From an uncultured Bacteroidales bacterium (GTDB taxonomy: Bacteria > Bacteroidota > Bacteroidia > Bacteroidales > VadinHA17), in contig CAVYYH010000005.1 of the NCBI GenBank assembly GCA_963772705.1, positions 218,939 to 282,938 of the forward strand: a DNA stretch of 64,000 bases, given 5' to 3'. Shown piece after piece: positions 57,401-64,000 of this stretch; the first letter of the stretch is position 1, and each line of letters opens with the position of its first letter. Made by a program: the position numbers and the translations under genes. The notes below the pieces were generated by a model. The model ran no database searches. It had not been told where the DNA came from and saw nothing but the letters and a program-made list of their open reading frames with translations.

Positions 57401-57856
57401 GAGCTTTGTTCCCTTCCTAATGGCAAAGGTGTTCTTCTTCAGGTTGACGCGGCTGATAACCTTTTCCATCAGTGACTCGGGGTATGTGACGATGATGCAC
57501 TTTCTCCGTCCTGAGGTAAGGAAGTTAAGTACCTCTGCCCTGAGAATGATATTTGCAGGTTCTGTCTGGTCATACATCACTGACCTCTTGTATGTCCCGG
57601 GGAAGAAGAAGATATTTTCATCCCCCAGCAGTGATGTAAGGTCATTATAGAAATAGGCCGCGTCCTCCTTCTCAGGCAGTATGACAACGTGTGTCGTAGG
57701 CTGCTGTGAAAGGGCTCCGGCCATGACAACTGCTTTTGCCGATCCTGTGAGGCCGTTGATGACCACCGGTTCACTGGTGTCACCTGCCAGCAGCTCCTCC
57801 AGCCTGCGAAATGAGGGGTGTTGCCTGTAGCGGTCTTTGAAAACGGTGTCGGACAT
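54476..57856 (-). CDS. mfd: transcription-repair coupling factor
   Basis: Walker A 'GDVGFGKTEVA', 'LVIDEEQRFG', TRG and C-terminal TRCF domains. ATG chosen at 57856. Confidence 0.93.
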   Translation of the reverse strand: MSDTVFKDRYRQHPSFRRLEELLAGDTSEPVVINGLTGSAKAVVMAGALSQQPTTHVVILPEKEDAAYFYNDLTSLLGDENIFFFPGTYKRSVMYDQTEPANIILRAEVLNFLTSGRRKCIIVTYPESLMEKVISRVNLKKNTFAIRKGTKLSIDFLEEVLREYNFRRADFVYEPGQYSVRGSITDLFSYSAEKPYRIDFFGEEVESIRSFSPDDQLSLQMHEEIQVIPDIQELAFHENTDSFIDFIPPSSIIWSENFDYIIEKTDSIWSQATTRSSRGEIKDRRDIIITGKHLEELCSGHRRVSFGSGRSEAKSIPVTFRTEPQPSFNKNFDLLTSKLASNRRDGYSNFIISESALQEQRLKEIFAETDPMAEFTPLLLNLHQGFTDHDLRIAVYTDHQIFDRYHKFRIKGFFTRRDSMTVRELTDLNPGDYIVHVDHGIGRFGGLEKIEVNGRTQEAIKLVFKDNDILFVGIHALHRISKYKGKDNTPPRINKLGTGAWQKLRQATKKKVKDIARDLIKLYALRKASGGFAFSPDSYLQRELEASFIYEDTPDQLSSTVAVKEDMESPTPMDRLVCGDVGFGKTEVAIRAAFKAATDGKQTAVLVPTTILALQHYKTFTSRLENFPCRVDYISRHRKPAEQKRILKQIADGEIDIIVGTHKITGREVKFKDLGLLVIDEEQRFGVAIKERLKQLKAGVDTLTLTATPIPRTLQFSLMGARDLSVITTPPPNRMPIITEIHGFNEDIIREGIVYEVSRNGQVFFINNRIENIREVQDMINRICPGVKTAVVHGRMEGAEVENVMFDFIRGDYDVLLATTIIESGLDIPNANTIFINDAHTFGLSELHQLRGRVGRSNKKAFCYLLAPAFSTLTHEARRRLKAIEENYELGSGFNIALQDLDIRGAGNLLGGEQSGFIADVGYETYQKILDEAVSELKEEEFGDIFRKDKIKPEPDVSAEVKQYAGDVTVDTDLEIMFPDEYVSSIPERVRLYKELNEIRDDTALASFATRLRDRFGPMPAPAMALLDLVRLKWVASATGIEKIILKNDTLVANFVNDPSSQFYRSSLFVSVMNYVNRKQSHMSVKQNNNRLSLTVREITSVAQAIALFDKIRSFHTQNQSSATRS

Positions 57857-57936
57857 CTGCCTGGTATGAGGGTGCAAAATTAACAAAGGCGACTGTCACC
57901 GCAAAACAAAAGTGTCTGATTAAGAGAGAAAGAGAA

Positions 57937-58942
57937 TCAGGAGAGCATCTGCTCAAGCCTGTCGGTCATCTCCGGTGATCCGCAATAGAGGGGGCACCTC
58001 TGGTGAAGTGATTCAGGTATTATCGACAGTATCCTTCTCTTGCCGTCAAAGGCTCTTCCTCCAGCCTGCTCAACTGAGGAAAGAAATGGGGTTGCACTCA
58101 TATACCAGTCTCAGTTTACCGTTGGGAAAGCTTACCGAGGGGGGGTAAAGAAAGATGCCACCCTTAAGCAGGTTGCGGTGAACGTCAGAAACGAGAGACC
58201 CGATATACCTTGAGGAGTAAGGCCTGCCCGTTTCAGGGTCATGCTCCTGGCAGTATTTGATATATTTCTTCACACCTTCGGGGAACCTGATATAGTTCCC
58301 TTCGTTGATTGAATATATGCTCCCTGATGCCGGGGTCCTCATATTGGGGTGAGAAAGACAAAACTCGCCGATGGTGGGGTCAAGGGTAAATCCGTTGACA
58401 CCGTTGCCGGTTGAATAAACCAGCATTGCCGATGACCCGTAGATCACATATCCTGCAGCAACCTGTTTGTCGCCTTCCTGAAGGAAGTCCGTTATGCCGG
58501 CCTCTGACTCACGTTCAGATTTGCGTCTGTAAATGGAAAAGATTGACCCGACAGAGACATTGTAATCGATGTTTGACGACCCGTCGAGCGGATCCATGCA
58601 TACCACATACTTGCCTTTGCTGGCAAACGTTTCGGTGAAGATCACCTCCCTCTGGTTCTCCTCCGAGGCAAAACCGCAGCACTCACCGCTCGCCTCGAGG
58701 GCATCGATAAAGACCTCATCAGCATAGCGATCGAGCTTCTGCTGCTGCTCCCCCTGGGGATTCTCCTCACCTGAACTGCCAATTATCTCTACCAGTCCCG
58801 CCCTGCGGATCTTGGCATTGACCATCTTGGCTGCCGTGCCGATATGATGCAGCAGGGATGACAACTCTCCGCGGGCATATGGAAAATCTTTCTGTTTTCT
58901 GATTATGAAATCATTCAGGCTGGTTATATTATAGCTTGACAT
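57937..58942 (-). pseudogene. fbp: class 1 fructose-1,6-bisphosphatase, reading frame broken once (+1) at 58070-58075
   Basis: The main ORF ends '[12 protein letters not shown]'. The next 45 codons in the +1 frame read '(V)EQAGGRAFDGKRRILSIIPESLHQRCPLYCGS...', the canonical FBPase C-terminus. Confidence 0.9.
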
Positions 58943-59002
58943 GCTGTCGGAGTTGGTTAATAACTGAGAGCCCTGTTTAATAGATTAATATTGGCTAAGT
59001 TA

Positions 59003-59010
59003 TAAATTTG
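59003..59010 (+). promoter_or_regulatory. candidate -7 box TAAATTTG upstream of the aspartokinase gene
   Basis: Same 'TTATAAATTTGC' context as at 17180-17191; ends 16 nt before the ATG. Confidence 0.35.
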
Positions 59011-59026
59011 CGCAAACAAATGAAAG

Positions 59027-60277
59027 ATGAAAGTATTTAAGTTCGGCGGAGCTTCGGTAAGGGATGGGGCAGGGATACGAAACCTTTATGATATCATAGC
59101 CGGTGAGAACGATCGTCTCGTGGTCGTCGTTTCAGCCCTGGGAAAGACAACAAACGCTCTTGAGGAGGTGCACCGGGCATGGCGCAGCGGTGACAGCTCC
59201 TTACTGTCAAAATGCAAGGCAATAGCTGATTACCACCTGGAAGTCGCATCGGGGCTGCTGGGTGACAACAGCCCCGACTTAGCGTCGCTGGCCGGGATTT
59301 TGTCATCATTCTCCGAAAACCTCACGGAAAAGAAGCAGGGAGAGTTTGACCATGACTATGATATGATAGTTTCGATGGGGGAGGTATGGTCTACCTTCAT
59401 TGTTGAGGCATACCTCCGCAGTATGGGATTAAGGACCAGGTGGCACGACATACGTAAACTTTTTGTCACCGATGAGAGGCACCGGGAGGCGGGGATACTG
59501 TGGGATGAAACAGCTGCCGCAGTGAAAGGTGCGTTTGATTTTCATGATGCTGACATCTATGTTACACAGGGCTTCATTGGCGCAACGTTATCCGGTGAGG
59601 TTACCACGCTGGGGCGCGAAGGCTCTGACTACACCGCCGCAGTGATTGCGAACATACTTGATGCTGAAAGAGTGGTGGTATGGAAAGATGTTCCCGGTAT
59701 CATGAATGCTGATCCAAAATGGCTTCCCTCAGCCGTGACTCTCGCTCATATCTCTTATAATGAAGCTGTGGAGATGACCTTCTCCGGTGCCAAGGTCATC
59801 CATCCAAAAACAATAAAGCCACTGCATAACAAGAAGATACCGATGCATGTCAGGTCTTTTGCTGATCGTACAGCTCCGGGTACTGTAATTTCTGAAGAGG
59901 CTCCGCTGGGAAAGATGGAACCGGTTCTGGTAAAGAAGGAGGGACAGATACTGATATCCATTCTTCCCAAAGATCTCTCCTTTGTCATGGGGGAGAATCT
60001 GGCAGCCCTTTTTCATATTCTTGCCTGCCAGGGAATCAAAGTGAACCTGGTCCAGGCCGGTGCAGTCAGCATCAATATATGTGCTGATCACGAAGAGCCG
60101 AAGATAGGGAAGGTGCTTGAGGAGTTAAGGAAAGACTACACAATATTGTACAATGACGGTGCCGAGATGCTTACCGTGAGACACTTTACACCGGAAGCCG
60201 TGGATGCAGTGACAGACGGCAGGGAGGTACTGCTGTCACAGACAACCAGGAACTCGGTAAGGATGGTGGTAAGGTAA
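59027..60277 (+). CDS. lysC: aspartate kinase (monofunctional)
   Basis: 'KFGGASV', 'VVVSALGKTT', C-terminal ACT-like region. Confidence 0.88.
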   Translation: MKVFKFGGASVRDGAGIRNLYDIIAGENDRLVVVVSALGKTTNALEEVHRAWRSGDSSLLSKCKAIADYHLEVASGLLGDNSPDLASLAGILSSFSENLTEKKQGEFDHDYDMIVSMGEVWSTFIVEAYLRSMGLRTRWHDIRKLFVTDERHREAGILWDETAAAVKGAFDFHDADIYVTQGFIGATLSGEVTTLGREGSDYTAAVIANILDAERVVVWKDVPGIMNADPKWLPSAVTLAHISYNEAVEMTFSGAKVIHPKTIKPLHNKKIPMHVRSFADRTAPGTVISEEAPLGKMEPVLVKKEGQILISILPKDLSFVMGENLAALFHILACQGIKVNLVQAGAVSINICADHEEPKIGKVLEELRKDYTILYNDGAEMLTVRHFTPEAVDAVTDGREVLLSQTTRNSVRMVVR

Positions 60278-60292
60278 AAACGATCTCTGCAG

Positions 60293-60799
60293 CTATTCCA
60301 CCAGCCTGGCCTGGAATGCCGCCTTGTAGGCATAGACCTTGCCCTGGTTATTGTAGAGTTCATAGCCGAATACCACAGATTTTGTGACTTTCTCCAGCCG
60401 GTTATAGGCAGGGTAATAAAACCAATCCTCTGTAAATGACAGTTTCCCGATCATAGAACGGTCTCCATTGAACTCCTTCTCAGTCTTCCTTATGTCATCC
60501 GCTGAGAGAGCCTCGCCGGTGTGATAATCATATACGGTAAGTGAGCCGTTGTAGATACGGTCAAAGATGCTGTTGATCATTGCTTCTCCCTGGTAACCCA
60601 TTACCTTCTCAGTCTCCCAGGGGTCACCATCGGGATCAGGTCTGACGATTACCTCAGTTACAATGTCACGTGCAATGATAACTGCTCCTTCCGGGGCACT
60701 GCCTGTTCCGTCCCCCGATTTTTCTACCGCATCGGGTTTCTGCCCTTTGCACGAAACAATCAATGCGGCAATAATGATGGCTTTAAATGCGGTTTTCAT
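60293..60799 (-). CDS. hypothetical lipoprotein
   Basis: 'MKTAFKAIIIAALIVSC' lipobox; no motif recognised. Confidence 0.5.
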   Translation of the reverse strand: MKTAFKAIIIAALIVSCKGQKPDAVEKSGDGTGSAPEGAVIIARDIVTEVIVRPDPDGDPWETEKVMGYQGEAMINSIFDRIYNGSLTVYDYHTGEALSADDIRKTEKEFNGDRSMIGKLSFTEDWFYYPAYNRLEKVTKSVVFGYELYNNQGKVYAYKAAFQARLVE

Positions 60800-60813
60800 A
60801 CCCGGACCCGGTT

Positions 60814-62157
60814 TTATCTTTCAAAAATGAGCATCTCACCTGATCTGCTGCCGGTCAGAACACCCTGCTGTACGACCGGTATGCCGTTGACTATCGTTGT
60901 AATCACCCTGCTCCTGAATGTCGTTCCCTCCAGCGGAGACCAGCCGCACTTGTATAATATATTGTCTTTGGCTACTGTCCACGGCGAATCCGGATTTACC
61001 AGCACCATGTCAGCTTTATATCCCGGGCGGATGAAGCCTCTCCTGCTGATACTGAAGACAACTGCCGGGTTATGACACATTTTTCTTACCACGAGTTCAG
61101 GGGTAAACAGGCCTCTGTGGCACAGCTCAAGCATCATCACTAGTGAGTGCTGAATTATGGGGGCTCCTGAAGGTGCCCTGAAATAGGGTTCCGATTTTTC
61201 TGCCAGGGTATGGGGAGCATGGTCGGTGGCGATGATATCTATCTTTCCTTCAGTTACTGCCCTGACAAGGGCCTCGCGGTCAGAAGCCTTCCTGATCGCA
61301 GGGTTCCATTTGATGAGGTTCCCCTTCTCAGCATAGAAGGAATCATCAAACCAAAGGTGGTGCACGCAAACCTCTCCTATGATATGTTTCACAGATGGGT
61401 CATGGCCCGGTGTCAGCAGTCCTGTCTCCTCGGCGGTTGAAAGGTGCAGAAGGTGAAGCTTCGTGCCGCACCTCTTTGCACGTGCAACGGCAGATGAGGA
61501 AGAGGAATAGCATGCCTCACGGCTTCTTATCAAGGGATGGTATGAGGGATCAATGTCATCACCGTACTCCTCCCTGTAGGCTGCCATATTCCTTCGTATG
61601 ATCTGTTCGTCTTCACAATGGCATGCCACCGGCAGTTTCCTGATGCTGAATATTCTGTCAAGCGTCTCTTCGTTCTCAATCAGCATATTGCCTGTCGATG
61701 CCCCGAGGAACAGCTTGAACCCCGGCACTCTGGCCGGATCGGCCTTTGCCAGTTCTCCGGCATTGCTGTCAGTGGCGCCGATATAAAAAGAATAGTTGAT
61801 TACTGACCTTTCAGCGGCAAGCCTGTTCTTATTCTCCCACTCTGAAAGTGACACAGTCTGTGGAACAGTGTTCGGCATCTCCATGAAAGAAGTCACCCCT
61901 CCGGCAGCGGCTGCGGCGCTCTCACTGGCAATATCGGCCTTATGTGTCAGCCCGGGCTCCCGGAAGTGGACATGATCATCAATGATCCCCGGCAGAAGCC
62001 ATAGTCCTGTTGCATCGATTACCTTAACATCACTGGCTGCAGGAGCCTCGCCGGGAGGGTAGATGCCAGCTATCGTGTCTCCGGAGATAAGAAGGTCAGC
62101 CTCTTGTTTCTTCTCTTCATTTATCAGAACTGCGTTTCTGATCAGGATCTGGTTCAT
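60814..62157 (-). CDS. pyrC: dihydroorotase (amidohydrolase superfamily, long type)
   Basis: 'IDDHVHFREPG', 'ATDHAPH'. Confidence 0.85.
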   Translation of the reverse strand: MNQILIRNAVLINEEKKQEADLLISGDTIAGIYPPGEAPAASDVKVIDATGLWLLPGIIDDHVHFREPGLTHKADIASESAAAAAGGVTSFMEMPNTVPQTVSLSEWENKNRLAAERSVINYSFYIGATDSNAGELAKADPARVPGFKLFLGASTGNMLIENEETLDRIFSIRKLPVACHCEDEQIIRRNMAAYREEYGDDIDPSYHPLIRSREACYSSSSSAVARAKRCGTKLHLLHLSTAEETGLLTPGHDPSVKHIIGEVCVHHLWFDDSFYAEKGNLIKWNPAIRKASDREALVRAVTEGKIDIIATDHAPHTLAEKSEPYFRAPSGAPIIQHSLVMMLELCHRGLFTPELVVRKMCHNPAVVFSISRRGFIRPGYKADMVLVNPDSPWTVAKDNILYKCGWSPLEGTTFRSRVITTIVNGIPVVQQGVLTGSRSGEMLIFER

Positions 62158-62184
62158 ATTGTTGCTGTTTGGCTGTTGCCCCTG

Positions 62185-62919
62185 TTACTCCCTTACCCTC
62201 CGGGGCTTGCGGAAGAGGCTGATGATCTTCATTCGCAGCACTCCCCAGAGTGCCTCATTGAAGATACCTCCTGTCATCTTCGACGTACCTTCTTTCCGGT
62301 CAGTGAAAATGATAGGAATCTCCACTATCCTGTAACCCAGGATCCAGGCAGTGAATTTCATTTCTATCTGAAATCCGTACCCTACCGATTTGATATGACC
62401 GGGGTTGATGCTTCTGAGTACCTCGCGGCGGTAGCATTTGAAGCCTGCCGTGGTATCCTTGATGTGCATACCGGTGATCACCCTTACATATATTGATGCG
62501 ATATACGACATCAGTACCCTTCCCAGCGGCCAGTTGACGACGTTGACACCAGAGATGTACCTTGACCCGATGGCAAGGTCAGCGCCGTCACGGTCACAGG
62601 CCTCAAAGAGCCTGACAAGGTCATCGGGGTTATGCGAGAAGTCAGCATCCATCTCGAAGATATACTTGTAGTCACGCTGCAGAGCCCAGTCGAAGCCTGC
62701 AATATAGGCCCTGCCAAGGCCCATCTTGCCGGGTCGTTCAACAAGGTGCAGGTTGGGGAAGGCAGGCATCATCTCCTTTACCAGTGTGCCGGTGCCGTCA
62801 GGTGAGTTGTCATCGATGACAAGTATGTCGAACGGAACGGGGAGGGAGGATATGGCTTTTACCAGCCGGGTGATATTCTCCTTCTCATTATATGTAGGTA
62901 TGATTACAAGGTTGGCCAT
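62185..62919 (-). CDS. GT2 polyprenol-phosphate mannosyltransferase (Dpm1/Ppm1-like)
   Basis: 'IIPTYNEKENI', 'VIDDNSPDGT', 'EMDADFSH'. Confidence 0.85.
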   Translation of the reverse strand: MANLVIIPTYNEKENITRLVKAISSLPVPFDILVIDDNSPDGTGTLVKEMMPAFPNLHLVERPGKMGLGRAYIAGFDWALQRDYKYIFEMDADFSHNPDDLVRLFEACDRDGADLAIGSRYISGVNVVNWPLGRVLMSYIASIYVRVITGMHIKDTTAGFKCYRREVLRSINPGHIKSVGYGFQIEMKFTAWILGYRIVEIPIIFTDRKEGTSKMTGGIFNEALWGVLRMKIISLFRKPRRVRE

Positions 62920-63065
62920 GGGGAAAATTGATGATGCGAATTTAATTTATTTTTTATTAAGGTCAGACATTTTCATAATTGCCTCTGGCTCATCCCCGGG
63001 TAAGGGTTTCGAAGTGTTGATGAGGTGTCCGGCAGATGGGAATGATAAAATATTTTCGAAAATAT

Positions 63066-63096
63066 TTTGCATGTTAAAATGTAACCATTAATTTTG
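63066..63096 (+). promoter_or_regulatory. Bacteroidota-type promoter (TTTG-N19-TAATTTTG) upstream of the tRNA pair
   Basis: -33 TTTG at 63066-63069 and -7 TAATTTTG at 63089-63096; 53 nt upstream of tRNA-Ile. Confidence 0.45.
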
Positions 63097-63149
63097 CCAC
63101 CCCAAATGATTTATAAATCATTGGATGTTCTTTATAGTGTGCGCTTATC

Positions 63150-63223
63150 AGTCCCATAGCTCAGTTGGTTAGAGCGCTACACTGATAATGTAGAGGTCCC
63201 CAGTTCAACTCTGGGTGGGACTA
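63150..63223 (+). tRNA. tRNA-Ile (anticodon GAT)
   Basis: Hand-folded 74-nt cloverleaf: acceptor AGTCCCA/TGGGACT, anticodon loop CT-GAT-AA, T-loop TTCAACT. No encoded CCA. Confidence 0.93.
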
Positions 63224-63298
63224 CCGGGATTTTCGATTGTCGATTGTCGAATTGCGATTTAAATCGCAAATTGCAAATTGCAAATCGCAAATTACATC
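63224..63298. repeat. inter-tRNA spacer built from TCGATTG and GCGATTT/AAATCGC heptamers with a central palindrome
   Basis: 'TCGATTGTCGATTGTCGAATTGCGATTT|AAATCGCAAATTGCAAATTGCAAATCGCAAATT' read directly. Confidence 0.85.
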
Positions 63299-63372
63299 GG
63301 GGAATTAGCTCAGTTGGCCAGAGCACCTGCCTTGCACGCAGGGGGTCAAGGGTTCGACTCCCTTATTCTCCA
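63299..63372 (+). tRNA. tRNA-Ala (anticodon TGC)
   Basis: 74-nt cloverleaf: acceptor GGGGAAT/ATTCTCC with the G3:U70 identity pair, anticodon loop CT-TGC-AC, T-loop TTCGACT. Confidence 0.93.
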
Positions 63373-63376
63373 CCTT

Positions 63377-63426
63377 CGCCCGCCATAGCTCCGAATTCAT
63401 AAGGAGCGACGGCGGGTTTTTCTTTT
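63377..63426 (+). terminator. rho-independent terminator after tRNA-Ala
   Basis: CCCGCC...GCTCC-loop-GGAGC...GGCGGG compound hairpin followed by TTTTTCTTTT. Confidence 0.7.
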
Positions 63427-63469
63427 ATAAGCAGAACTGGTTTGAATAGGTCGGGTGGGCTTTGGCGGG

Positions 63470-63673
63470 CAAATCGCAAATTGCAAATCGCAAATCGCAC
63501 ATTCTCCTTTATTCGCTCCGGAATGTCCTGCGGTCTTGCAGTCTTGCAGTCCTGCGGTCATGCAGTCCTGCGGTCCACACTACTGCCTACTGCCTACTGC
63601 CTTTCCCCATGCCCCTTGCTCCCTGCTCCTTGCTCCCTGCCCCTTGCCCCTTGCCCCTGCCCCCTGCCCCCGC
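63470..63673. repeat. second mosaic of short tandem-repeat arrays
   Basis: Four arrays: GCAAATC x4 (63470-63500), GTCCTGCG/GTCTTGCA 8-mers x6 (63525-63576), TACTGCC x3 (63581-63601), CCCTTGC/TCCCTGC-type block (63605-63673). Confidence 0.95.
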
Positions 63674-63751
63674 TTGACTTTAATTGATTAATAGCTTAAA
63701 TTTGATTGACATTCAGACAGTACGGGAAAATTCTTTAAATGAACATATACC

Positions 63752-64000
63752 ATGGCAAGCATTATCCCTGGTTACGAGTATGACATCTTCATAAGCTATC
63801 GTCAGAAAGACAACAAATATGACGGCTGGGTCACTGAGTTCGTCGATAATCTGAAAAGAGAACTAGACGCAACTTTCAAGGAAGATATCTCAATTTATTT
63901 TGATGAAAACCCTTCCGACGGGCTGCTTGAGATCCATAATGTGGATAAAAGCCTGGAGGCAAAGCTTAAATCACTGATTTTTATTCCGGTGATCTCTCAG
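63752..64000 (+). CDS. TIR-like domain protein, N-terminal 83 codons (3' end lies outside the window)
   Basis: Not in the ORF track because no stop is reached. ATG at 63752 gives 'MASIIPGYEYDIFISYRQKDNKYDGWVTEFVDNLKRELD...SLIFIPVISQ'. The 'YDIFISYRxxD' opening is typical of bacterial TIR domains. Confidence 0.65.
   Translation, partial: MASIIPGYEYDIFISYRQKDNKYDGWVTEFVDNLKRELDATFKEDISIYFDENPSDGLLEIHNVDKSLEAKLKSLIFIPVISQ

Noticed and set aside
58943-59026. Lysine riboswitch upstream of the aspartokinase gene
   Set aside because: The spacer is only 84 bp and is mostly taken up by a promoter-like TAAATTTG box. That is too short for an L-box, and no conserved helices were seen.
63442-63691. Three overlapping plus-strand ORFs (71-81 aa) in all three frames
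   Set aside because: All three are open only because the repeat mosaic lacks stop codons. The products are low-complexity Pro/Cys/Leu strings. Not genes.
62920-63760. rRNA operon around the tRNA-Ile/tRNA-Ala pair
   Set aside because: I looked for a 16S 3' end (anti-SD CCTCC context) upstream and a 23S 5' end downstream. The flanks are an AT-rich promoter region and repeat arrays instead.

Overview
This 64-kb chromosomal segment looks Bacteroidota-like. That is an inference from gene content (mreBCD-mrdA-rodA, parE-parC, a gldE-like CNNM gene, PorQ/PorV-like and HhH outer-membrane proteins), TAnnTTTG-type -7 boxes and a near absence of Shine-Dalgarno sites. About 50 genes are mostly housekeeping: argH', carA, purH, purE, hpt, adk, obg, plsC, lipA/lipB, recJ, gpsA, lysS, aroK, gpmI, coaX, mfd, fbp, lysC, pyrC, plus tRNA-Ile(GAT) and tRNA-Ala(TGC). 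Five things are not explained by ordinary annotation. (1) A tightly linked pair at 40179-45535 encodes a 6-TM/HEAT-repeat membrane protein and a STAND-type P-loop NTPase with no N-terminal effector, an internal TM helix, a coiled coil and a WD40 propeller. This is my best candidate for an uncharacterised system. (2) A family of short (7-14 nt) tandem-repeat modules is concatenated into mosaics. It fills at least 8 intergenic spacers in both orientations, runs into the lipA 3' end and lipB 5' end, and contains canonical G-quadruplex tracts. (3) Three conserved genes (lysS, fbp, lptC), and possibly the parC tail, carry +1 frame disruptions located at or next to an in-frame TGA. (4) An ITS-type tRNA-Ile/tRNA-Ala pair sits outside any rRNA operon with its own promoter and terminator. 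(5) A TIR-like N-terminus starts at 63752 and runs off the window. No CRISPR array, integrase, transposase or rRNA gene was seen. All calls come from reading the translations and the DNA by eye, with no database search.
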